DNA from: Armatimonadia bacterium
Lineage (GTDB): Bacteria; Armatimonadota; Zipacnadia; Zipacnadales; JABUFB01
Direction: 5' to 3'
Assembly: GCA_039679385.1 (NCBI GenBank)
Contig: JBDKVB010000005.1
Location: 271-64,270, forward strand
Length of the DNA: 64,000 bases
Shown here: positions 9,068 to 18,144 of the stretch, piece by piece
How positions within the stretch are numbered: position 1 is the stretch's first letter
Layout: each line of letters begins with the position of its first letter
Translations under genes and position numbers: made by a program
Notes under the pieces: model-generated
Told to the model about the DNA's origin: nothing
Seen by the model: the letters and a program-made list of their open reading frames with translations, nothing else
The model's database searches: none

Positions 9068-10039
9068 ATGAAAGTTCTGGTTACGGGCGGTGCGGGGTTC
9101 TTGGGTTCGCATCTTTGCGACAAGTTCCTGGCCAGGGGCGATCAGGTCATCTGCATGGACCTCGGCTCCATCCACAAGGTCCAGCACAACTTCAGCAACC
9201 CGCGCTTCACTTACGTTCATGACACGATCCTCAACGAGCCGATGGTCGATTCCCTGGTGGCGCAGGCCGACGTCGTCTACCACATGGCTGCAGTTGTGGG
9301 CGTCGAGCACTACGTCGCCGACCCCTACAATGTGCTGAACGTCAATGTGAACGGCACCCAGGTCATCCTCCGCTCGGCCTACAAACATGGCAAGAAGCTC
9401 GTCTTCACCAGCACCAGCGAAGTCTATGGCCGAAACCCCAAGGTGCCCTGGTCCGAGGACGACGACCGTGTTCTGGGCTCGACCCGCATCGACCGCTGGT
9501 GCTACTCGACCTCCAAGGCGGTCGGCGAGCACTTCTGCTTCGCCTACCACAAGATGGGGCTGCCCGTCGTCGTGGTCCGCTACTTCAACGTCTATGGCCC
9601 GCGTCTGGACGCTCTCGACCGCGGCCGCGTAGTGACGATCTTCCTGGGACAGGCCCTGCGGAATCGTCCTGTGACCGTCGTCGGCGACGGGCTCCAGACG
9701 CGCTGCTTCACTTACATCGATGACGCCATGCATGCCACCCTTGAGGCCGGGCTTCGCGACGAAGCAGTCGGCGAGATCATCAACATCGGTTCCGACGTTG
9801 AGTGGAACATGAAGACGCTGGCCGAGATGGTCGTCCGCCTGTCCGGCTCACAGTCGGAAATCGTGTACGTTCCGCAGGAGCAGATCTACGGCAAGAGCTA
9901 TGAGGACGTGCCCCGGCGCATCCCCGACGTCCGCAAGATGCGGGAGATGCTGGGCATCACCGCCGAGACGCCCCTCGAGGAGGGCCTGAAGGCCACCGTC
10001 AAGTACTTCAAGGATCAGCTTGCCTCCGGTGGCGAGTAG
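9068..10039 (+). CDS. arnA: UDP-glucuronate oxidative decarboxylase (stand-alone homologue of the ArnA C-terminal domain; extended SDR)
   Basis: Rossmann motif 'KVLVTGGAGFLGSHL' and catalytic 'YSTSKAVGE' (YxxxK). GGAGG RBS before the ATG at 9068. Lies between the formyltransferase and arnD genes. Confidence 0.7.
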   Translation: MKVLVTGGAGFLGSHLCDKFLARGDQVICMDLGSIHKVQHNFSNPRFTYVHDTILNEPMVDSLVAQADVVYHMAAVVGVEHYVADPYNVLNVNVNGTQVILRSAYKHGKKLVFTSTSEVYGRNPKVPWSEDDDRVLGSTRIDRWCYSTSKAVGEHFCFAYHKMGLPVVVVRYFNVYGPRLDALDRGRVVTIFLGQALRNRPVTVVGDGLQTRCFTYIDDAMHATLEAGLRDEAVGEIINIGSDVEWNMKTLAEMVVRLSGSQSEIVYVPQEQIYGKSYEDVPRRIPDVRKMREMLGITAETPLEEGLKATVKYFKDQLASGGE

Positions 10040-10081
10040 CGCTCCGGCCTGAACCTGGCCCACAACCGAACGGAATCCACC

Positions 10082-11050
10082 ATGAGCCTCTCCGCAAAGA
10101 CCGTCTGCTTGAAGGTGGATGTGGACACCCTCGAGGGCTACCTCGAGGGTGTCCCGCGTCTACTGGACATCATGGAGCGCGTCGGAGTGCCGGCGACCTA
10201 CTGTGTTGCCATGGGTCCCGATCGCTCCGGCCTCGCCGTGCGTCGCGTGCTGATTCGCCGCGGGTTCCTCGGCAAGATGCTCCGCACCCGTGGAGCCATC
10301 AAGTACGGCATGAAGACCATGCTGTACGGTACGCTCCTACCCGCTCCCCGGATTGCAGCCCACAAACCTGAGCTGCTGCAGCGGATTGCCGACGCCGGCC
10401 ATGAGGTCATCCCGCATGGCTGGGACCATATCAACTGGCATGACTTCCTGCTCAAGTGGCGGCCGGAGAAGGTCCAGGAGCAGCTTGCCCTGGCCTGCGA
10501 GGAGTGGGAGCGCTACCTACCGGGCAAGTGCGAGGCTTTCGCTTCTCCCGGTTGGCAAGCGAATGAGACCAGTGTGCTTGCGCAGGAGGCACGAGGCCTG
10601 CGATACGCTGCCGATACGCGCGGTGCGACGCCCTTCTTCCCGTTGGTCGAAGGGCGTCGCGCGAAGGTACTGCAGATCCCCACCACACTGCCGACCCTGG
10701 ACGAGCTGATTGGGCTACCCGAGGTTCCCCTCGACGAGGAGGGCATGCTGAAGCATGTTCAGGGCCTGTTCGCGACTCCTCCGGCCCTGAGTGGCGAGGC
10801 CGGCCTTCGCGCAGAGGAGTGGTCCGGGCTGCACATCTTCACCCTCCACACCGAGGTTGAGGGACGGACCTGGGCCACGTGGTTTGAGCGGTTGCTGCGC
10901 TCTCTGCAGGAGGACGGCTGCGAGTTTGTGACTCTCGGTGCCCTGGCCGACCGCATGTGTCAGTCGGGAGCAGCTCGCACGGCGTCCCTTCATCAGGGAA
11001 CGCTCCCCGGCCGGGGTGGGACTGTGTCCTGCCAGGCAATGGGGGAGTAG
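10082..11050 (+). CDS. arnD: 4-deoxy-4-formamido-L-arabinose-phosphoundecaprenol deformylase (polysaccharide deacetylase family)
   Basis: 'LKVDVDTLEGYLEGVPRLLDIMERVGVPATY' and 'HGWDHINW' form a NodB/ArnD-like deacetylase pattern. Last gene of the arn cluster. Confidence 0.7.
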   Translation: MSLSAKTVCLKVDVDTLEGYLEGVPRLLDIMERVGVPATYCVAMGPDRSGLAVRRVLIRRGFLGKMLRTRGAIKYGMKTMLYGTLLPAPRIAAHKPELLQRIADAGHEVIPHGWDHINWHDFLLKWRPEKVQEQLALACEEWERYLPGKCEAFASPGWQANETSVLAQEARGLRYAADTRGATPFFPLVEGRRAKVLQIPTTLPTLDELIGLPEVPLDEEGMLKHVQGLFATPPALSGEAGLRAEEWSGLHIFTLHTEVEGRTWATWFERLLRSLQEDGCEFVTLGALADRMCQSGAARTASLHQGTLPGRGGTVSCQAMGE

Positions 11051-11098
11051 ACAGCGGGCAGTTCGGGGCTAGTGTGGCGCGCACCGCCGGTGCGTGCC

Positions 11099-11128
11099 TT
11101 GATACGTGCAGGGACCAGGTGCTATAAT
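11099..11128 (+). promoter_or_regulatory. Sigma70-like promoter upstream of yebC
   Basis: TTGATA (11099-11104), an 18-nt spacer, then a perfect TATAAT (11123-11128), 38 nt upstream of the yebC ATG. Confidence 0.45.
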
Positions 11129-11165
11129 GCCAGCCTAAAATCCAAAGTCAAAGGGCGGCGTAACA

Positions 11166-11921
11166 ATGTCCGGACATTCGAAATGGGCCAACCGCGTCCA
11201 CCGAAAGACGCGGCAGGATGCCAAGCGCAGCAATCTATTCAGCAAGTTGTCCCGGGAGATCATCGTAGCGGCGAAGGAAGGCGGAGGAAGCCCGGACACC
11301 AACATCCGACTGCGCTATGCAATCGATGCGGCCCGTGCCGAGTCCATGCCAAATGACAACATTGACAACGCCATCAAGCGAGGGATGGGTGAACTCGAGG
11401 GCGTTGTCTACGAGCCCGTAACCTACGAGTGCCATGGCCCGGCAGGCGTCGCGATCATGATCACCTGCCTCACCGACAACCGGCAGCGCACCGTCGCCGA
11501 GTTGCGCAACCTTCTCAGGAAGCGCGACGGCGCCCTGGGCGAGCCGGGCTCTGTGGCCTGGGCTTTCGAGACGAAGGGCGCCATCATCGTGCGCCGCGAC
11601 GTCACCGATGAGGACACGCTCTTCATGGCCGCCGCCGACGCCGGCGCTGAGGATGTTCTGACCGATGACCCCGAGGTGTTCGAGGTCCGCACGCCGCCGA
11701 ACGTCTTCGCGCAGGTTCTGGACGCCGTCAAGGAAGCGGGCATCGAGTACCAGCGCGCTGAGCTGACCATGATCCCCACCTCCACGACGCCGGTTCCCGA
11801 CGAGCAGGCGCCCAAGCTGTTCGCACTCCTTGAGGAGATTGAAGACCACGACGACGTGCAGAAGGTCTTCGCGAACTTCGAGGTCTCCGACGAGGTCATG
11901 GAGAAACTGGCAGCGGAGTAG
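11166..11921 (+). CDS. yebC: YebC/PmpR family DNA-binding transcriptional regulator
   Basis: Diagnostic N-terminus 'MSGHSKWANRVHRKTRQDAKRSNLFSKLSREIIVAAKEGGGSPDTNIRLR'; length 251 aa. Confidence 0.9.
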   Translation: MSGHSKWANRVHRKTRQDAKRSNLFSKLSREIIVAAKEGGGSPDTNIRLRYAIDAARAESMPNDNIDNAIKRGMGELEGVVYEPVTYECHGPAGVAIMITCLTDNRQRTVAELRNLLRKRDGALGEPGSVAWAFETKGAIIVRRDVTDEDTLFMAAADAGAEDVLTDDPEVFEVRTPPNVFAQVLDAVKEAGIEYQRAELTMIPTSTTPVPDEQAPKLFALLEEIEDHDDVQKVFANFEVSDEVMEKLAAE

Positions 11922-11947
11922 GTCTTCTGCCTGCAGGACCGGCACAG

Positions 11948-11980
11948 GAACGGGATCCCTCGGGGGAGGCCCGTTCTTTT
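11948..11980 (+). terminator. Rho-independent terminator candidate after yebC
   Basis: Stem gaacggg (11948-11954) pairs with cccgttc (11970-11976). An inner cctc/gagg helix is also possible. Followed by TTTT (11977-11980). Confidence 0.45.
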
Positions 11981-12042
11981 GTGATGGGACCTAGTGAGGC
12001 GCCCTGTCCCCGAGGCAGAGCGCATCGAGCAAGGAGTTAGCA

Positions 12043-13230
12043 ATGGTTGACCTCACCACGGATTTCTGCGGCATCAAGCTCCGCAACCCGATCGTTGCGG
12101 CCCCGGCCGGTATCACGGAGAGCGCCGACCGCCTCAAGCGCTGCGATGATGCGGGCTGTGGCGCCGCAGTCATCAAGAGCTACTTCCAGTATGAGCCTGC
12201 ACGTCACTCCCCGAGCCCGCGGTTCCGGGTGCTTCGCCACCAGATGGGACGGCACCGGACCTTCGCCCTGTACTCCTACGAGCAGGCGAACGTCTACGGG
12301 CTGGACGAGTTTGGCGAGCAGATCCGCACCGCCACCGAGCAGTGCGAGATGCCCATCTTCTCCAGCATCAACTGCAACACTCCGGACCGCTGGGAGGAGA
12401 GCGCACGGGTGTCGGAGCAAGCCGGTGCCAAAGCCATTGAGCTGAACGTGTCATGCCCTCACGGCACCCACATCATGGCCCACTGCGCGATGCTCGACAC
12501 CATGGTTGAAGCGGTCGAGGCGGCCAAGAGGGGTGCCCCGAACACCCCGATCATCCCTAAGGTGACCGGACAACTGGACAACCCCGGCGGCGTCGTCCGT
12601 GGCATTGCTGAGAGGGGCGCCGACGGAGTGGTGATGTTCAACCGCTTCACCGGGCTAGATATCGACCTGGAGAGCGAGACGCCGGTGATGCACGGCGGCT
12701 ACGCAGGGCATGGTGGCCCCTTCGCCATCCACTACGTACTGCGGTGGATCTCCGAGACCTACCCGGGGCTGCCGGTCCCGATCGCGGGCAGCGGAGGAGT
12801 CACCAACGGGGGAGACGTGGCCAAGTACATCCTCGCCGGGGCGACGACCGTCCAGGTGTGCACGGCGATCGTGATGGAAGGCTACGAGGTAGTGGGCAAG
12901 ATCCTGGGTGGGTTCACGGAATGGATGGAGCGGAAAGGCCACAGCGACCTTGCTGCAATCCGAGGAAGCGTGTGCGGCAAGATCAAGGGCAATGATGACG
13001 TGCAGCGCGAACAGGTCTGTGCCGCCCAGATTGACGCCGAGAAGTGCGTGAACTGCGGGCTGTGCGGCCGAGTGTGCATCTACGGAGCGGCCAGGCCGGC
13101 CGGGAAGGTCCATACGGTCGCGCGGGAGACCTGCGTGGGCTGCGGGCTGTGCGCAGAGCTGTGCCCTGCCTCGGCCATTGCGATGACTGAACTCGCAGAG
13201 CCTCGGGGGTTTACCCTTGGGGTGAAGTAG
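12043..13230 (+). CDS. Dihydroorotate/dihydropyrimidine dehydrogenase-family flavoprotein with C-terminal 2x[4Fe-4S] ferredoxin domain (PreA-like)
   Basis: Class-1 DHOD/DPD-like TIM barrel ('FCGIKLRNPIVAAPAG', 'IELNVSCPH', 'IAGSGGVTNGGDVAKYILAGATTVQVCTA'). Two ferredoxin motifs: 'CVNCGLCGRVCIYGA' and 'CVGCGLCAELCPASAI'. AAGGAG RBS. Confidence 0.7.
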   Translation: MVDLTTDFCGIKLRNPIVAAPAGITESADRLKRCDDAGCGAAVIKSYFQYEPARHSPSPRFRVLRHQMGRHRTFALYSYEQANVYGLDEFGEQIRTATEQCEMPIFSSINCNTPDRWEESARVSEQAGAKAIELNVSCPHGTHIMAHCAMLDTMVEAVEAAKRGAPNTPIIPKVTGQLDNPGGVVRGIAERGADGVVMFNRFTGLDIDLESETPVMHGGYAGHGGPFAIHYVLRWISETYPGLPVPIAGSGGVTNGGDVAKYILAGATTVQVCTAIVMEGYEVVGKILGGFTEWMERKGHSDLAAIRGSVCGKIKGNDDVQREQVCAAQIDAEKCVNCGLCGRVCIYGAARPAGKVHTVARETCVGCGLCAELCPASAIAMTELAEPRGFTLGVK

Positions 13231-13264
13231 CGGGACGCGTGTGGTCAACTGAGGACTGAGACGA

Positions 13265-13293
13265 GGGGCGCGGCGATATGCCGCGCCCCTTTT
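13265..13293 (+). terminator. Rho-independent terminator
   Basis: Perfect 10-bp GC-rich stem: ggggcgcggc (13265-13274) pairs with gccgcgcccc (13280-13289). The loop is 5 nt and is followed by TTTT (13290-13293). Confidence 0.7.
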
Positions 13294-13341
13294 CGTGTCT
13301 GGAGGAGGGCCACCCTGAGCGCGTGGCCCGGGTCCTGAGGG

Positions 13342-15993
13342 TCATCGTTTCCCGAGCACCTCGGCTACGGCCTCAAGCAAGGCGTTGCGGCTCACAGGCT
13401 TGTCGAGGAAGCGGGCGGCTCCGAGTTCCACCAGTTCCCTGGCGGTGCCGCTGTCGTTCATCCCCGTCATGATGATGACTGGGGGAGGTGCCGCGAGCTT
13501 CCCGGCTTCTGCGAGGATCTCACGCCCTCCGCCACCGGGCAGCAGGAGGTCGGAGAGCACCAGGTCGAAGCGGGCGCTCTGGAGCTTCGCCACGGCCTCG
13601 GCGGTGGTCATCGCCATCGTCACATTGTGGCCCTCGTGGGCCAGGATGGCGCCGAACAGCACGACCAAGTCTTCGTCATCCTCAGCCAGCAGGATTGCCC
13701 GCGACGGCTGCGAGGGGTGCTCAACCTTACCGCCCGGTTGCGCCTGCGACTCTGGGGCTTCGGCCGACGACGACCGAGCCTTGTAGGCCGGGAAGCAGAG
13801 GCTGAAGGTGGTGCCGCTCCCCAGGCTGCTTCGCACCTCCATCGTACCGGCGTGGGCAGCAACGATGCGCTGCGACACAGAGAGCCCCAGGCCGGTGCCT
13901 CCACGCTGGCCCTGCGCGGGGTCTCCCTTGGTAGTGAAGAAGGGCTCGAAGATCCGTGCCAGATTGTCCGGTGCGATGCCGCAGCCGGTGTCGGCCACCG
14001 TCACGCAGACCCAGTCTGAGCCGCCCTTCCGCAGTGGCTCCGTTCCAACGGTCAGCGTGCCTTCAGCCTTGGCTCTCCCGTTGGTGCACATGGCGTCGCA
14101 GGCGTTGATGATCAGGTTCAGGAAGACCTGTCCCAGTTGCCCACCATCTGCGCAGATGCGCTCGCCCTCCGTCTGATAGGTCCGACGGACGATGACGTTG
14201 GTCTTGTGGAGGCGACCGGCGGCGAGGGAGATCGCAGCCTCCATGACCTGCTCTACGTAGATGGGCTCCTGGGAGGGCTCACTCGGTTTGCCGAAGGCCA
14301 GCAGGCTTCGGCAGACCTCTGCTCCGTGAGCACAGGCGCGGGTGATGAACTCCGGCAGGTCGCCGGCAGAGGTGTCGGCGGCGAGGTCTGCCTTTGCCAT
14401 CATGCCGGCCAGCAGGTTGTTGAACTCGTGCGCTACGCCGGCAGCAACCTGGCCAAGCGTCGCCAGTCGGTGGGTTTCCTCCGCTCGCTTGAGGTCGGTC
14501 ACGTCGTGCATGGAGGTCACGACCTGTACAACCTGGCCGTTCTCAAACACAGGGGCTTTGGTCGTCTCGAGGGTCAGGACGCTGTCTCCCAGGTGCACGG
14601 ATTCCACAGTGGTCTGCTTCCTACCGGTGACGAGCAACTCCTCGTAGCTGTTCACCATCTCCGATGGGAAGTCGGGGAAGGCAACCGAGACTGGCAGCCC
14701 GGTCACATCTTCTGGTCTGCCGGCCCGGCGAAGCGCCTCGCGCAGGCTCCGGTTGGCCACGAGGACCTTGAGGTCGCCGTCTACGACGAACATCCACGCC
14801 TGCACGGCGTCAAGGGCCGTCCGGTACAGCGCCTCGGAGCGTCGCAAGGCGTTCTCAGACCGCTTGAGCGCGGTGATGTTGCGGCTGATCGTGGCCACGC
14901 CGGCGATGCTGCCGTCTGGGCCATGGACGGGGCTGCGGTTATCAGAAAACCACTCTTCCTCGCCCTGCCAGGTGACGCTGGTCTCGAAGGTCATGGTCCG
15001 GCCGGTCTCGACGACCTGGCGCAGCTGCCGGAGCATCTCCTCGGACTGTTCCGGTGGGAAGAAGGCACCGATCTCCGTCCCCGCCACTGCATCGCGCGGG
15101 ACTCCGTACCGGGACGGCCCGTTATAGTAGACTATCTGTCCCTCTGCGTCGCTGAGGAGCACGATGTCATCGGTGCTTTCCAGCACTACCCGCAAGCGTT
15201 CCTCGCTCTGCTGAAGCTCGCCCTCGGCACGCTTGAGGTCGGAGACGTCGCGAGACACCCCCACGACAGAGGTTGCCGTCCCCGACGCATCCTTGACCGG
15301 CACCAGGCAAGTGTCCAACCAAAGCTCGCAGTCGCCGACGGTCACCGGGCTTGTCACTCGGTACATCTCACCCGTCTGGCGCACGCGTTCAAGAGACGCG
15401 TTCTGATGCTCGTAGGCCTCCGCGGGGAAGAGATCGGAAGGCATCCTGCCGACGATCTCGGCGAGGGAGAGGCCGAGGAGGCCTCTCGCATGGCGATTGG
15501 CGTACTCGATACGGTTGTTCCTGTCCAGGGCGAAGACGAAGTCGGGTGACGCCTCAACCATCACCTGGAACCGCCGAGTGATCTCCCGGGGTACGCACAG
15601 CAGGTTCCCCTCGCCATCGATGGTGAGGGCCGTCACTGTTGCCCCGAGCCTGTATCCCTCCCAGGACAGGGGCGCGACGCGGATCAGCCCGCCACAACCG
15701 CCTGAGAGTTGCGTCTGTAGGTTGGCGGGGGCCTCCCACGCTCTCCCTTGGCGGCAGGCTACCACGACGGCGTCGATCACTGCCGGGTCTTCGCCTGCGA
15801 CCACCGGCAGCACGTCTCGCACCGGCTGCCCCAGGCACTCGGAAGTGGCGTTGGGTAGCACGCGCTCAAGATATGGGCTTACGAACATAACCGTGCCTTC
15901 GGGATCTACAGCCAGTGCAGCATCCCGTACCTGTCTGGACACGGACTTGAAAGCGCTGATCAGATCCATAGCTATGGAACTCCGAGTTGACAT
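13342..15993 (-). CDS. Hybrid sensor histidine kinase (multiple PAS domains, HisKA, HATPase_c, C-terminal receiver)
   Basis: H-box 'AAGVAHEFNNLLAGM'; N/G boxes 'VFLNLIINACDA' and 'GTGLGLSVSQRIVAAHAGTMEV'. C-terminal receiver 'ILLAEDDEDL...DLVLSDLLLPGGGG...IIMTG'. Four PAS-like repeats, each ending near '...DVTDLKRAEE'. No TM segment seen. Confidence 0.85.
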   Translation of the reverse strand: MSTRSSIAMDLISAFKSVSRQVRDAALAVDPEGTVMFVSPYLERVLPNATSECLGQPVRDVLPVVAGEDPAVIDAVVVACRQGRAWEAPANLQTQLSGGCGGLIRVAPLSWEGYRLGATVTALTIDGEGNLLCVPREITRRFQVMVEASPDFVFALDRNNRIEYANRHARGLLGLSLAEIVGRMPSDLFPAEAYEHQNASLERVRQTGEMYRVTSPVTVGDCELWLDTCLVPVKDASGTATSVVGVSRDVSDLKRAEGELQQSEERLRVVLESTDDIVLLSDAEGQIVYYNGPSRYGVPRDAVAGTEIGAFFPPEQSEEMLRQLRQVVETGRTMTFETSVTWQGEEEWFSDNRSPVHGPDGSIAGVATISRNITALKRSENALRRSEALYRTALDAVQAWMFVVDGDLKVLVANRSLREALRRAGRPEDVTGLPVSVAFPDFPSEMVNSYEELLVTGRKQTTVESVHLGDSVLTLETTKAPVFENGQVVQVVTSMHDVTDLKRAEETHRLATLGQVAAGVAHEFNNLLAGMMAKADLAADTSAGDLPEFITRACAHGAEVCRSLLAFGKPSEPSQEPIYVEQVMEAAISLAAGRLHKTNVIVRRTYQTEGERICADGGQLGQVFLNLIINACDAMCTNGRAKAEGTLTVGTEPLRKGGSDWVCVTVADTGCGIAPDNLARIFEPFFTTKGDPAQGQRGGTGLGLSVSQRIVAAHAGTMEVRSSLGSGTTFSLCFPAYKARSSSAEAPESQAQPGGKVEHPSQPSRAILLAEDDEDLVVLFGAILAHEGHNVTMAMTTAEAVAKLQSARFDLVLSDLLLPGGGGREILAEAGKLAAPPPVIIMTGMNDSGTARELVELGAARFLDKPVSRNALLEAVAEVLGKR

Positions 15994-16105
15994 CGTTCTC
16001 CATCGACTGGTCCTTAACGGAAGCCGACTATACTACTCCCGCGAGGCGAGGGCAACCTCTGCTGCGATCCCTGGAGGGCCAGAGCGGGCAATCGGCCTCA
16101 CCAGT

Positions 16106-16816
16106 TCAACCCTCGAAACTGAACCTGTCGTCGAAGCGTGCCTGACAGTAGCCTGATAGTGCATCCTGAGGCGCTTGCCGAAGCAACTCAGCAAGGTCTT
16201 CGGGCAGGTCGAGGTCCAACTGTAGCCCGGGACGCCTGACGACTTCGACACACAGGTCGTGCCCGAGGGCCTGGTCTCGATGGGTGTGGAAGCTACCTGG
16301 ACCGACGGCCTCCCCGAAGGCATAGGGGAACACTTCGGGCTCGTTCACAAGCAACGCATTCGTCCCTCGCTCCCGTCCATCCGGCGCCAGGACCAGGTCA
16401 GCGCAGCGGTTCCAGGCCTCCACCAGCGCCTCCAGGTCCTCGACGGTGACCAGCGGCAGGTCGGAAGAGACGAACAGCATGGCGCTGCGCCCGGCGATCC
16501 TCGGGTCACGAGCGGCCGCCATCACATCACGCCGCATTCCCGCTTCGCCACCCGCAATCAGGGTCGCGCCATACTCGCCGGCCAGCGGTTCCAGTTCGGG
16601 TGGCGCACACAGGAGCCGCTGCGTCACCCCCTGGAGTTCATAGCATACCCCAAGGACGTGGCGCAGCATCATCAGCGACAGCGCTTGCCGTGCCTCACGC
16701 GACAGGACGGACCGCAGTCGCGTCTTGGTGCGCTGCAAGCTCTTGTGGGGCACCAGAACCACGAGTTCCGCCCGCTGTCCCAGTCTCATCGCCGACAGAT
16801 TCCCCGCTGACCGCAC
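16106..16816 (-). CDS. cofC: CofC/FbiD-like guanylyltransferase (F420 biosynthesis; MobA-like NTP-transferase fold)
   Basis: 'LVVLVPHKSLQRTKTRLRSVLSREARQALSLMMLRHVL', 'VSSDLPLVTVEDLEALV', 'PDGRERGTNALL', 'FG..GPGSFHTH' and 'LDLDLPEDL' follow, block for block, the CofC/FbiD pattern as I recall it from M. tuberculosis FbiD. ATG at 16789 is a likely alternative start. Confidence 0.65.
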   Translation of the reverse strand: MRSAGNLSAMRLGQRAELVVLVPHKSLQRTKTRLRSVLSREARQALSLMMLRHVLGVCYELQGVTQRLLCAPPELEPLAGEYGATLIAGGEAGMRRDVMAAARDPRIAGRSAMLFVSSDLPLVTVEDLEALVEAWNRCADLVLAPDGRERGTNALLVNEPEVFPYAFGEAVGPGSFHTHRDQALGHDLCVEVVRRPGLQLDLDLPEDLAELLRQAPQDALSGYCQARFDDRFSFEG

Positions 16817-16874
16817 CTCGTCCTGCCCGGGTCTCTCCGCTTGCGACGGTTCAGGGCCTGTGCGGCCTTCGCTG

Positions 16875-16883
16875 TGCTATACT
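16875..16883 (+). promoter_or_regulatory. Extended -10 promoter element (TGcTATACT) immediately upstream of the DUF362 gene
   Basis: TG (16875-16876), c, then TATACT (16878-16883). The ATG at 16891 begins 8 nt after the hexamer, which implies a leaderless or near-leaderless mRNA. No SD sequence is present. Confidence 0.4.
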
Positions 16884-16890
16884 GGGCGCC

Positions 16891-18036
16891 ATGCCTGAAG
16901 TGCAGATTCGTGAGTGCCAGACTTACGAGCGTCCCCTTGTGTCGCAGGCGGTGCGCTCGTGCTTTGACGCTCTGGCGTCAGCGTCCCAGTTGCTCCGTCG
17001 CGGGGCCCGGGTGCTCGTGAAGCCCAACGTGATCAATGCACGACCGCCAGAGCGTGCGGTATGCACCCATCCTGAGGTCGTCCGAGCAGTGGCCGAGATT
17101 GCCCTGGAGGCCGGCTGTGAGGTGCTGGTCGCCGATGAGCCGGGCTACGCGCTCACCGGGGTGCCGGAGTTGGTCTTCCAGTCCTCCGGGATCGCCCAGG
17201 GATGCGAGGGCCTGCCGGTGGAGTTCGACATGCTCAAGCGGGGCGGCTACCGCACAGTGACGGTCCCGCACCCGCTGCAGCTCGAGACCGTCTCCATTGC
17301 CCGGCGAGCCCTCGACGCCGACGTGGTCATCAACCTCGCCAAGTGCAAGACCCATCCCCAGACGCTGCTGACGGGTGCGGTCAAGAACATGTTCGGCACC
17401 GTGGCCCCGCGGGAGCGCATCCAGGTCCACACCCTGGGGACCTTCAAGGCCCTGGGCGAGGCCCTGGCTGACACCTTCTCGGGCTGCGTACCCCACCTCA
17501 ACGTCATGGACGCCGTGATCGGCATGGAGGGCAAGGGCCCAAGCCATGGCGTACCGCGTCCCCTGGGGCTGATCTGTGCCTCTGAAGACGCCGTGGCCCT
17601 CGATGCGGTGATGGAACACATCACAGGTTTCGCACCGGGTGAGGTGCGTACCACGACCGCCGCAGCCGAGAAGGGCCTCGGGGAAGCTGACCTCTCCCGC
17701 ATCCAGGTTCGGGGCGCTGACCTGGCCTCGCTGCGGCACCCTCTGAAGCGAGCGCCCGGCGGGATTCGTCACGGCTTCCCAGGCTGGATGGGTCACCTCA
17801 TCCGCGACATGATCTGGGTGCGTCCGCTGGTCGACCCGAAGGTCTGCATCCGCTGCGGAGCCTGCGCCGGTATCTGTCCGGCCCATGCGGTGACCGTGGA
17901 GGACTTCGCGGTGATCGACTACCACAAGTGTCTCGAGTGCTTCTGCTGCCAGGAGGTGTGCCCGGTCGGGGCTATCGATACCCGTCGCAGTTGGCTGGCC
18001 AGGCGGATCATCGGGCGGCCCGCAGATCGCCACTGA
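16891..18036 (+). CDS. DUF362 domain protein with C-terminal 2x[4Fe-4S] ferredoxin domain
   Basis: 'VLVKPNVINARPPERAVCTHPEVVRAVAEIALEAG.EVLVADEPG' and 'INLAKCKTHPQT' are DUF362-like. C-terminal 'CIRCGACAGICPAHAV' and 'CLECFCCQEVCPVGAI'. The upstream part of track ORF 16600.. overlaps cofC on the opposite strand and is rejected. Confidence 0.7.
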   Translation: MPEVQIRECQTYERPLVSQAVRSCFDALASASQLLRRGARVLVKPNVINARPPERAVCTHPEVVRAVAEIALEAGCEVLVADEPGYALTGVPELVFQSSGIAQGCEGLPVEFDMLKRGGYRTVTVPHPLQLETVSIARRALDADVVINLAKCKTHPQTLLTGAVKNMFGTVAPRERIQVHTLGTFKALGEALADTFSGCVPHLNVMDAVIGMEGKGPSHGVPRPLGLICASEDAVALDAVMEHITGFAPGEVRTTTAAAEKGLGEADLSRIQVRGADLASLRHPLKRAPGGIRHGFPGWMGHLIRDMIWVRPLVDPKVCIRCGACAGICPAHAVTVEDFAVIDYHKCLECFCCQEVCPVGAIDTRRSWLARRIIGRPADRH

Positions 18037-18066
18037 GACAGCTCCTCGCCCAAGGGTCCCTGGTTC

Positions 18067-18095
18067 TTGTGGGGCTGTCCTGGATGCGCTAAAAT
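18067..18095 (+). promoter_or_regulatory. Sigma70-like promoter upstream of the tmk-like gene pair
   Basis: TTGTGG (18067-18072), a 17-nt spacer, then TAAAAT (18090-18095), 50 nt upstream of the GTG at 18145. Confidence 0.4.
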
Positions 18096-18144
18096 GTGCG
18101 CCACGATGTCGTTCTGACGAACGGGAAAGGGGGCGATACGCGAC

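Noticed and set aside
16600-16890. N-terminal 97-aa extension of the DUF362 ORF.
   Set aside because: It overlaps the cofC-like gene on the opposite strand and is Ala/Pro/Ser-rich. The DUF362 homology begins at the ATG at 16891, which has an extended -10 element just upstream.
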